Assembly (NCBI GenBank): GCA_046726415.1
Contig: JBKPAK010000100.1
Span: forward strand, 1 to 12,878
DNA length: 12,878 nucleotides
Source: Candidatus Methylomirabilota bacterium
Lineage (GTDB): Bacteria; Methylomirabilota; Methylomirabilia; Rokubacteriales; CSP1-6
Direction: 5' to 3'
Shown here: piece after piece, positions 1 to 6,865 of the stretch
How positions within the stretch are numbered: the stretch's first letter is position 1
Layout: each line of letters begins with the position of its first letter
The notes under the pieces: model-generated
Databases searched by the model: none
What the model saw: only the letters and a program-made list of their open reading frames with translations
What the model was told of the DNA's origin: nothing
Translations under genes and position numbers: made by a program

Positions 1-141
1 GACACGACCCAGTACAGCGTCGAGGAGCTGCGGGCGGCGGTGGAGGAGGCGCGCGCCGCCGGGACGTACGTGCTGGCCCACGCCTACTCGGCCGCCGCCG
101 TGCGGCGCGCGCTGGAGGCAGGCGTGCGCTCGATCGAGCAC
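1..141 (+). pseudogene. Internal fragment of a metal-dependent amidohydrolase (Xaa-Pro dipeptidase/carboxypeptidase-like subgroup); enters from the left edge and is truncated at 141
   Basis: Frame +1 reads DTTQYSVEELRAAVEEARAAGTYVLAHAYSAAAVRRALEAGVRSIEH, containing the AH and (S)IEH metal-ligand histidines of this family. The expected EHG and the C-terminal barrel are absent. The frame continues as unrelated sequence to TGA at 283-285. Confidence 0.8.
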
Positions 142-421
142 TGTACGGCCGCCGCTCGCCGAAGACGCGGGCAGTCCATGGAGTCGGCCGGACTGGCTTC
201 CGGCCGCCGATCGGGTATGCGGCGCCCTGGCTCGTGTAGCGCCGCTCGGATTCCTGGGCGTCCGGGTGGTAGCGCAGGACGGTGAACAGGCGATGCCCGA
301 GGGTGTCCGCCATCGCGCGGTCGAGCGCTTCGAACAGCGCCTGCGGCTGTCCTGGTCGCGCCAGGGCCTCGGCCACCCGGGCCAGGTGGGGCGAGGGGTC
401 GACGGCACGCATCCGCGCCAT
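142..421 (-). pseudogene. Small stand-alone GAF-like domain protein, 3'-truncated after codon 93 (not in the ORF track)
   Basis: My translation from ATG 421: MARMRAVDPSPHLARVAEALARPGQPQALFEALDRAMADTLGHRLFTVLRYHPDAQESERRYTSQGAAYPIGGRKPVRPTPWTARVFGERRPY. GGAG lies 7 nt upstream and the start is 20 nt after the permease stop. The LFTVL..ERxY..YPxGGRKP..W pattern matches small GAF proteins as I recall them. After RPY the frame becomes R/P/A-rich antisense of the amidohydrolase, with no stop in the window. Confidence 0.75.
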
Positions 422-441
422 GGCTGGTCTCCGTCCTTTCG

Positions 442-1260
442 TCACACCTTCCGGCCGCGCAGGCCGACGATGTCGTTGATCGCATCACCGAGCAGGCTCA
501 GGCAGATCACCGTCACGAACAGGGCCAATCCCGGGAAGGTCATCGTCCACCAGGAGTCGAGAAAGTACGTGCGCGCCCCGGCGATCATGGCGCCCCACTC
601 GGCCGTCGGGGGCTTCGAGCCCAGGCCGACGAAGCCCAGCGTGGCGATGAACAGGATCGTGTAGCCGACGTCCACCGTCGCCCGGGCGTTCAGCACGCCC
701 CACGTCTGGGGCAGCACGTGGCGGAGCACCAGGCGCCGGTCGGAGAGCCCGAGGGCGCGCCCGGCTTCCACGTAGAGATTCTCGCGCACGCGCAGGACCT
801 CCGCCCGGACGAGCCGCGCGTACGTCGGCCACCAGACCACGATGGCCGCGATCACGGCATTCGTGAGGCTCGGCCCCAGCGCCGCCGCGATGGCCATCGC
901 GAGCACGAGGGGCGGGAAGGCGAAGAAGAGGTCGGTCGCCCGCATCAGGATCTCGTCGACCGTCCCGCGCCACCAGCCCGCCAGCGCGCCGACCACGATC
1001 CCGATGACGAGCGCGGCCAGGATGACCACCAGAGCGGCCGTGATCGACTCGCGGCCCCCGTGGAGCACCCGGCTCAGGACGTCCCGCCCGGCCTCGTCGG
1101 TGCCGAACCAGTGGACGGCCGAGGGCGGCCGGAGGGCGAGCGCGATGTTCATCCGGTTGGGGTCGTGGCGCGAGAGGGCCGGGGCGAGGGCGACGAGCGC
1201 CACGATGAGCCCCGTCGCCCCGCCCCAGCCCCACAGCGCGCGCCGCGCCGGCCGCGCCAC
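442..1260 (-). CDS. Peptide/nickel-family ABC transporter permease (DppC/OppC-like)
   Basis: PPSAVHWFGTDEAGRDVLSRVLHG motif, EAA loop (YVEAGRALG), RHVLP, LGFVGLG..PPTAEWGAMI, GDAIND. Its GTG start abuts the upstream permease stop. Confidence 0.95.
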   Translation of the reverse strand: MARPARRALWGWGGATGLIVALVALAPALSRHDPNRMNIALALRPPSAVHWFGTDEAGRDVLSRVLHGGRESITAALVVILAALVIGIVVGALAGWWRGTVDEILMRATDLFFAFPPLVLAMAIAAALGPSLTNAVIAAIVVWWPTYARLVRAEVLRVRENLYVEAGRALGLSDRRLVLRHVLPQTWGVLNARATVDVGYTILFIATLGFVGLGSKPPTAEWGAMIAGARTYFLDSWWTMTFPGLALFVTVICLSLLGDAINDIVGLRGRKV

Positions 1261-2277
1261 TCACGCGCTCCGGAGCCGGGGGTCGAGGTAGAGGTACAGG
1301 ACGTCGACGACGAGGTTCGCCAGCACGAAGAACACGGAGATCACGACGGTGACGCTCATGATCGCGGGAAAGTCGACCGCGGTGATCGACCCGATGGCGT
1401 ACTGGCCGATCCCGGGCCAGCCGAACACGACCTCCACCACGAGCGTGCCGCCCAGGAGGTACCCGAGCTGGACGCCGAACGCGGTGACGACCGGCATCAG
1501 CGCGTTCCGCAGGGCGTGCCGGGCGAGCACCGCGCGCTCGGCGAGGCCCTTGGCCCGCGCCGTGCGCACGTAATCGGAGCCGATCACCTCCAGCATGCTC
1601 GTCCGCGTGAGCTTGACGCCGACGCCGAGGCGCGACAGCACGAGGCAGGCCACCGGCATGATCAGCTGGATGACCGCGCTCCGGAGGACCGGCCAGTCGC
1701 CGGCGAGCGGAGCGTCCGCGAGGTAGAAGCCGGTGACGAACGGGGGCGGGGGGAGACTCGGGGCGATGCGACCGACGGCCTGCTGGAGCCAGCCGAGCTC
1801 GCGGTACAGGACGAGCTGGAGGAGAAAGCCCAGCCAGAACGGCGGGATGGCCAGACCCCCGACGGCGACGAGCCGGATGAGAAGGTCGGGCCATCGCCCC
1901 CGCGTCACTGCGGCGAGGATGCCGAGTGGGACCGCCAGGCCAATGTAGACCAGCATCGTGACGACGGCCAGCTCGAGGGTCGCCGGGAGCCGCTTCGCGA
2001 GATCGTCGACGACGGGCTGTCCGGTCTGGATCGAGCGGCCGAGGTTGCCGTGGACGAGGTCGCGGAGATACCGCGCGTACTGGATGGGCAGCGGGCGGTC
2101 GAGACCGAGGTCCTGGCGGATCGCGCGGATCTGCCCCTCGTCCGCGCCCGGCCCCGCGAGCAGACGGACAGGGTCGGCCGGAAAGAGATGGAGCGTGACG
2201 AAGGTGACCAGGGTGATCCCCAGGATCACCAGGGCCACGCCGCCCAGGCGCCGGACCAGGAACGTCGTCAGCGACAC
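1261..2277 (-). CDS. Peptide/nickel-family ABC transporter permease (DppB/OppB-like)
   Basis: N-terminal FLVRRL..PADP, LGLDRPLPIQY, GNLGRS, LPATLELA, EAA loop DYVRTARAKGL, HALRNA, VEVVFGWPGIG, C-terminal LDPRLR. Confidence 0.95.
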   Translation of the reverse strand: MSLTTFLVRRLGGVALVILGITLVTFVTLHLFPADPVRLLAGPGADEGQIRAIRQDLGLDRPLPIQYARYLRDLVHGNLGRSIQTGQPVVDDLAKRLPATLELAVVTMLVYIGLAVPLGILAAVTRGRWPDLLIRLVAVGGLAIPPFWLGFLLQLVLYRELGWLQQAVGRIAPSLPPPPFVTGFYLADAPLAGDWPVLRSAVIQLIMPVACLVLSRLGVGVKLTRTSMLEVIGSDYVRTARAKGLAERAVLARHALRNALMPVVTAFGVQLGYLLGGTLVVEVVFGWPGIGQYAIGSITAVDFPAIMSVTVVISVFFVLANLVVDVLYLYLDPRLRSA

Positions 2278-2294
2278 CGCCTGCCCGCCGCCCG

Positions 2295-2313
2295 GCCAGC
2301 GTCGCCGGCTGGC
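2295..2313 (-). other. Intergenic stem-loop after the binding-protein gene (possible mRNA stability element)
   Basis: The transcript reads GCCAGCCG-GCGA-CGCUGGC: a 7-bp stem with one bulged C and a GNRA tetraloop. There is no U-tract. Confidence 0.45.
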
Positions 2314-2322
2314 AAACCGTCC

Positions 2323-3894
2323 CTAGCGCCGCAGCGAGATCGGATAGAAGGAGAAGATCCCGCTGTAGTTCAGGGGGCTGTACGTGTAGCCCTGCACGTC
2401 GTCACGCATCACCTCGATGAGCTTCGGGTACGCGGCCCAGATCGAGGGCGCCTCGTCGATGAGCTTCCGCCCCACCTCGCGGTAGAGCGCCATGCGTTTG
2501 CTGTCGTCGAAGGTCCGGTCCGCCTCGCCGAGGAGGCGGTCCACGTCGGGGCTTGCGTACCACGAGTAGTTGAAGGACTTGCCGGCGTTGGCGCCGAGAT
2601 AGAGCGTCCGCAGGAGCTCGCCGGGGTCCGCCGAGCGCGGCGTCATGGTCAAGGTCGCCTGGATGTCTGGCGCGCTCTCGAGATTGGCGATCTGGGCCGC
2701 CAGCGTGGCGAAGGGCTTCCCTTCGAGGTTGATGGTGATTCCCAGCTCCTGAACCGACTGCTGCATCAGGAGGCCGGCCAGACGCGCCTGGGGCTCCGTC
2801 TCGGTGTAAATGAAGGAGAGGGTCAGAGGCTTGCCCTGGTAGCCGGCCTCGGCGAGGAGCCGCTTCGCCAGGGTCATGTCCCGCTTGAACGGCGGCAGGC
2901 TCGACTCGTACGCCGCCGTGAAACCCTTGGGGATCGGGCTGTTCGGGATCTCGGCGTACCCCTTGTACACCTGCACCATGCCCTCGTAGTCGAAGGCAGC
3001 CTGGAGGGCCTTGCGGAGGCGGACGTCCTTGAGCGGGCCCTTCTGCGTGTTCATGGAGATGACCGTCACCCGGAAGGCCGAGGTCTCCACCATCTTCACG
3101 CCCGGCTTCGCCGCCAGCTCCTTCGGGTCCTGCGTGATGCCGATCGACGCGAGCACCACGAGGTGCGCGTCACCGCGCTCGAGCAGGAGCTGCTGGGTGC
3201 CCGCGGCCGGGACCACGCGCTGGATGACCTGCGCGGCGTGGTTGCCGGACCATCCGCGCCAGTAGTCCGGGAAGTGATCGAGGACGATCTGCTGGCCCTT
3301 CTCCCACCGAGTGAGGCGGTAGGGGCCGGTCCCGTTGCCGCCCGTCGCAAAGAACGCCGCTCCGCGATCGGCGTCGCCCAGGTGCGCCTTCCCGGTGATG
3401 AACACCTTGGGCAGCCCGTAGAGCAGCGAGACCGATGGCTGAGTGGCCAACAGGCGGACGGTCATGGGGTCGACGACCTGGACCTCCTTGAGGGTCGTCA
3501 GGAAGAAGGCGCCACCGCGGTTGACGGCCTTGGTACGGTCGATGGACGCCTTCACCGTCTCGGCGTCGAGCGTCGATCCGTCGTGGAACTTCACGTTCGG
3601 GCGCAGCTTGAGCTCGATCGACGTGCCATCGGGGGCGACCCGCCACGACTGCGCGAGCGCCGGGGCGAGCTCGGTCGTGTTCCCTCGGTACTCGAGCAGG
3701 CCCTCGTAGAGCTGGAACAGCACACGGTATCCGGGGCCGGCGACCTCGATGGCCGGGTCGACGGTGGGGGGCTCGGAGGGGATCGCGAAGGTGACGGTCC
3801 CCGCCGGCGTCGCGGACGCGGGCGCTGTCAGCGCGAGGCCGAGGAGCACGGCCAGCGTTGCCACCAGTCCACTGCCCAGCGTGTCTCGCCGCAT
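2323..3894 (-). CDS. Family 5 (DppA/OppA-like) ABC substrate-binding protein, 523 aa
   Basis: Signal peptide ending APASA, TVDPA, LYEGLL, PALAQSW, LRPNVKFHDGS..DAETVKAS, GTGPYRL, DVRLRKAL, AKRLLAEAGY. I moved the start to ATG 3894 because GAGGGAG lies 6 nt upstream (the track start is 3912). Confidence 0.93.
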   Translation of the reverse strand: MRRDTLGSGLVATLAVLLGLALTAPASATPAGTVTFAIPSEPPTVDPAIEVAGPGYRVLFQLYEGLLEYRGNTTELAPALAQSWRVAPDGTSIELKLRPNVKFHDGSTLDAETVKASIDRTKAVNRGGAFFLTTLKEVQVVDPMTVRLLATQPSVSLLYGLPKVFITGKAHLGDADRGAAFFATGGNGTGPYRLTRWEKGQQIVLDHFPDYWRGWSGNHAAQVIQRVVPAAGTQQLLLERGDAHLVVLASIGITQDPKELAAKPGVKMVETSAFRVTVISMNTQKGPLKDVRLRKALQAAFDYEGMVQVYKGYAEIPNSPIPKGFTAAYESSLPPFKRDMTLAKRLLAEAGYQGKPLTLSFIYTETEPQARLAGLLMQQSVQELGITINLEGKPFATLAAQIANLESAPDIQATLTMTPRSADPGELLRTLYLGANAGKSFNYSWYASPDVDRLLGEADRTFDDSKRMALYREVGRKLIDEAPSIWAAYPKLIEVMRDDVQGYTYSPLNYSGIFSFYPISLRR

Positions 3895-3965
3895 CGTGTT
3901 CTCCCTCGTCATCTGGTCTCAGTCACGCTCGTCCCGCGCGCGGACCGGTGGCGGTGCCACGCGCC

Positions 3966-5108
3966 CTATGTCAGCTCGATCGGATACGCGGTCAAGGGCT
4001 CGACTCCAGCGCGGGTGACGACGTAGTTATCCGCCCACAGCGCGCCGCCAGCGCCCGGGATGCAGACGCCGGGCTCGATGCTGATCACCATGCGGGGCTG
4101 GAGCGGCGTCTCGTCACCGGCGCCCAGGTTCGGCGCCTCCACCGGGGCGAGGCCGAGGCCGTGGCCGGTCCGCATCGGGAGGAACTCGGCCAGCCCATCC
4201 TCTCGCAGCGCGCTGCGCGCTGCCCGGTCGACATCGCTGGACGGTGCCCCCGGGAGCGCAGCACGCCGCGCCGCCTCGTGGGCGCGCGCCACCGACTGCA
4301 ACCAGCGCCGCTGGGCGTCGGTGGGCCCGCTGCCGACGACGATGGTCCGCGACAGCTCGCAGTGCGAGCCCTCGACGGACGTCGAGAGCACGACGAAGAC
4401 CGACTCACCCGGCTTGGCCGGTCTGGCTCCCGCAGGCGCATGCACGGCGGCGATCCGCTCACCCACCAGCGCGTTGCCCGCGGCGGCCACGGCGAGCGCG
4501 GGACAGCGGCGCGCCCCTTCGGCAAGCGCGGCCGCGATGCTGGCGCCTTTGATCTCGAGCTCGGTGCCGCCGGACCGAGCCACCGCCAGGCCGGCGTCGA
4601 GTCCGGCGGCCGCCAACTGGCCGGCCCGGCGGTGATGCTCGACCTCCTCGGGACTCTTGACCAGGCGCAGTCGCTCCACCCAGCCGCTCGCGTCGGACCA
4701 GTCGACCTTCGGGAGCGCCGCGGTGAGACCGCGCTCCGCACCGCTCGTGAGGGCAGCCCGCTCGAGGCCGAGGCGCGCGGACGCGAGCCCTCGCTCGGAG
4801 AGGACGCCCGCCAGGAGCGCCTGCCACTCGGCGTCGAGGCGCCCGCCGGCCACGGAACCCTCCTCCCACTCCACGTAGCTGCGGATGTCGGGCACGCGGG
4901 TCATCTCCCGCGCCTGCAGCTCCTCCAGGCGCGGGACGAGCAGCGTTGGATCGTCGTCGGCCGGGACGAGGAGCGTCAAGGGGCGGGAGTACGCGTTCGA
5001 GTGAAAGCCGACCAGGTAGCGCAGATTGGGCGGATGCACGAGGACCGCCGCGGCCACATCCGCTTCGCGAATCCGCGTGCGCAACCGGTCGAGTCTCGCG
5101 AGGTTCAT
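3966..5108 (-). CDS. M24-family (Xaa-Pro peptidase/creatinase fold) hydrolase with atypical metal-ligand positions
   Basis: Creatinase/prolidase-type N-domain (NLRYLVGF, LLVPRLE), LRLVKSPEEV linker, SRT, GHGLGL, SIEPG. Confidence 0.9.
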   Translation of the reverse strand: MNLARLDRLRTRIREADVAAAVLVHPPNLRYLVGFHSNAYSRPLTLLVPADDDPTLLVPRLEELQAREMTRVPDIRSYVEWEEGSVAGGRLDAEWQALLAGVLSERGLASARLGLERAALTSGAERGLTAALPKVDWSDASGWVERLRLVKSPEEVEHHRRAGQLAAAGLDAGLAVARSGGTELEIKGASIAAALAEGARRCPALAVAAAGNALVGERIAAVHAPAGARPAKPGESVFVVLSTSVEGSHCELSRTIVVGSGPTDAQRRWLQSVARAHEAARRAALPGAPSSDVDRAARSALREDGLAEFLPMRTGHGLGLAPVEAPNLGAGDETPLQPRMVISIEPGVCIPGAGGALWADNYVVTRAGVEPLTAYPIELT

Positions 5109-5129
5109 GCCGGATCCGTATCCACGCGC

Positions 5130-5158
5130 ATACTAGTCCGCGGCGCGGGGGCAGACAA
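5130..5158 (-). promoter_or_regulatory. Putative sigma70-type promoter of the M24-dpp operon
   Basis: TTGTCT (5158-5153), a 17-nt spacer, then TAGTAT (5135-5130), ending 21 nt before ATG 5108. Confidence 0.65.
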
Positions 5159-5164
5159 GGCCAC

Positions 5165-5193
5165 TGGCCGCGCGCCGGCCCAGCTACTACGAT
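5165..5193 (+). promoter_or_regulatory. Possible promoter of the LLM gene
   Basis: Good -10 TACGAT (5188-5193) with a weak -35 TGGCCG (5165-5170) at 17-nt spacing. GGAG RBS at 5214-5217. Confidence 0.4.
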
Positions 5194-5224
5194 TGGCGGA
5201 GACCTTCGCGACCGGAGCGCACGC

Positions 5225-6148
5225 ATGCTGCAGCTGGGACTCTTCTTGCCCGTGATGGAAGGCTGGCTGGGTGACCGCTGGTCACCGCGCTGGGCGGACA
5301 TCTCGCGGATCGCCGCCCTCGCCGAGTCCGTCGGCTTCGACGCGCTGTTCGTTCCTGACCACCTCGTGATCGGCCACTCGCCGTACTGGGGCATTCGCGA
5401 GGGCGAGGTCCGGGGCACGTGGGAGGCATGGACGCTCGTCGGCGCGCTGGCGGCTGCGACGCGCCGGGTGGCGATCGGGACCTTCGTGCTCGGCGCCGGA
5501 TTCCGGAACCCGGCGCTCCTCGCGAAGATGGCCGCCACCGCCGACGAGGTGACCGAGGGCCGGCTGGTCCTCGGCCTCGGGTGCGGCTCGCACCCGCCGG
5601 AGTACGCGGCGTTCGGCTACCCTTACGACCACCGCGTGGACCGGTTCGACGAGGCGCTCCAAATCATCGTCCCGCTCCTCCGCGAGGGCCACGTCGACTT
5701 CGCCGGGCGCTACCACGCCGCGCGCGCGTGCGAGCTCCTCCCGCGCGGGCCCCGACCGTCCGGACCGCCGATCTGGATCGCCGCCTACCAGCCCCGGATG
5801 ATGCGCCTGGCCGCGCGGTGGGGCGATGCCTTCGTCACCGCATGGCACCCGGATGCCGCCGCGGCGGCGGAGCCCTTGGCGCGCGCCGATGCCGCCTGCG
5901 CGGCCGTCGGCCGGATGCCGGCGAGCCTGGGCCGGGTGATCGGGGTGATCATCAGGCCGGGGAGCGCACCCCGCGCTCCGCTCCAGATGGGCACGCTCGG
6001 CGGCACGCCGGACGAGATCGCGGCCGGGCTCCTGGGCTTCCACCAGGCCAGCGTCGGCCACGTGGTGTGCATGCTGGATCCGCGTGACGCGACCGGCGTC
6101 GAGGCCTTCGCGCCGGTGATCGAGCTCGTCCGTCGCGGCGCACAGTAG
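5225..6148 (+). CDS. LLM-class flavin-dependent (possibly F420-dependent) oxidoreductase, 307 aa
   Basis: AESVGFDALFVPDHL, EAWTLVGALAAATRRVAIGTFV, RNPALLAKMAATADEVTEGRLVLGLG, PPIWIA..RMMRLAARWGD. ATG 5225 follows a GGAG. The longer track start at 4946 overlaps the M24 gene. Confidence 0.92.
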   Translation: MLQLGLFLPVMEGWLGDRWSPRWADISRIAALAESVGFDALFVPDHLVIGHSPYWGIREGEVRGTWEAWTLVGALAAATRRVAIGTFVLGAGFRNPALLAKMAATADEVTEGRLVLGLGCGSHPPEYAAFGYPYDHRVDRFDEALQIIVPLLREGHVDFAGRYHAARACELLPRGPRPSGPPIWIAAYQPRMMRLAARWGDAFVTAWHPDAAAAAEPLARADAACAAVGRMPASLGRVIGVIIRPGSAPRAPLQMGTLGGTPDEIAAGLLGFHQASVGHVVCMLDPRDATGVEAFAPVIELVRRGAQ

Positions 6149-6179
6149 AGGCGCACGGGGGTATGACGAAGGCAGGCAC

Positions 6180-6548
6180 GTGAGCCTAGGAACGACGACA
6201 CCAATTCTTCGGATCTTCGACGAGGCGAAGGCGAGGGAGTTCTACGTGGACTTCCTCGGTTTCGACATCGACTGGGAGCACCGCTTCGAGCCGGGCCGTC
6301 CCCTGTACATGCAGGTCTCGAGGGACGAGTGCGTCCTGCACTTGTCCGAGCATCACGGCGACTGCAGCCCGGGTGCGGCCATGCGAATTGAAGCGAGCGA
6401 CCTGGACGCCTTCCAGGCCAAGCTGCGGTCGAAGGACTACAAGTACGCGCGACCCGGGATCGAAGAGATGCCGTGGGGCACGAGAGGCATGTCGGTAATC
6501 GACCCGTTCGGCAACAGACTGACGTTCACCGCCCGCATCAGCGACTGA
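6180..6548 (+). CDS. VOC/glyoxalase/bleomycin-resistance superfamily protein, 122 aa
   Basis: PILRIFDEAKAREFYVDFLGF..DWEH, LHLSEHHGD and PWG..DPFGNRLTF are typical VOC motifs. Confidence 0.92.
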   Translation: MSLGTTTPILRIFDEAKAREFYVDFLGFDIDWEHRFEPGRPLYMQVSRDECVLHLSEHHGDCSPGAAMRIEASDLDAFQAKLRSKDYKYARPGIEEMPWGTRGMSVIDPFGNRLTFTARISD

Positions 6549-6773
6549 CACGTCGATAACCGGTCGCGCCCGGTTGCGTTGGCGCCAGGGGAGATTTCAG
6601 GGCGCATGAGAGTCCGGAGAGCCCCTCGCATGGCCGACATCACGCCGTCGCTCCGCGCGGCAGGCGTCGTGACCTTTGCTTCGGCGGGTGTCTGCCCCTG
6701 GGGGTTGGCATTGGCGAAAATCCGACCTGACGCACCCGTACCCGAAGATCGGCCATGGCCATGCGGGCAGGCT

Positions 6774-6802
6774 TTGACCGTCGGAGCCGCCGGCAGTAGG
6801 AT
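6774..6802 (+). promoter_or_regulatory. Putative sigma70-type promoter of the Pot-like ABC operon
   Basis: TTGACC (6774-6779), a 17-nt spacer, then TAGGAT (6797-6802). GGGAGG RBS precedes ATG 6866. Confidence 0.7.
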
Positions 6803-6865
6803 GCCCGCGTTCCCCTCTATCAGTCCGCGCGTCACGTGCCGGTCCGATCCGGCGGGAGGTTCTCG

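Noticed and set aside
40-285. 81-aa ORF as a complete small protein
   Set aside because: Its start is an internal Val codon of the amidohydrolase fragment, and its tail is read-through into the antisense of the GAF-like gene.
266-664. 132-aa plus-strand ORF (and 84..488 minus)
   Set aside because: Shadow or off-frame readings of the GAF-like and DppC-like genes.
3870-3894. Tat signal in the DppA-like protein (MRRDTLG)
   Set aside because: It has RR but lacks the consensus Phe (S/T-R-R-x-F-L-K). An ordinary Sec signal explains it equally well.
718-4026. 1102-aa plus-strand ORF
   Set aside because: It lies antisense to three clearly recognisable dpp genes and has no domain motifs. It is a typical stop-poor shadow frame of high-GC coding DNA.
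6549-6710. Possible integron attC site after the cassette-like VOC gene
   Set aside because: The AAC...GTT pair at 6558-6575 is far too short, the flanks do not fit RYYYAAC/GTTRRRY, and there is no integrase or second cassette.
6700-6725. Sigma54 promoter at TTGGCATTGGCG
   Set aside because: There is no TTGC -12 element at the required spacing, and a good sigma70-type promoter lies downstream.
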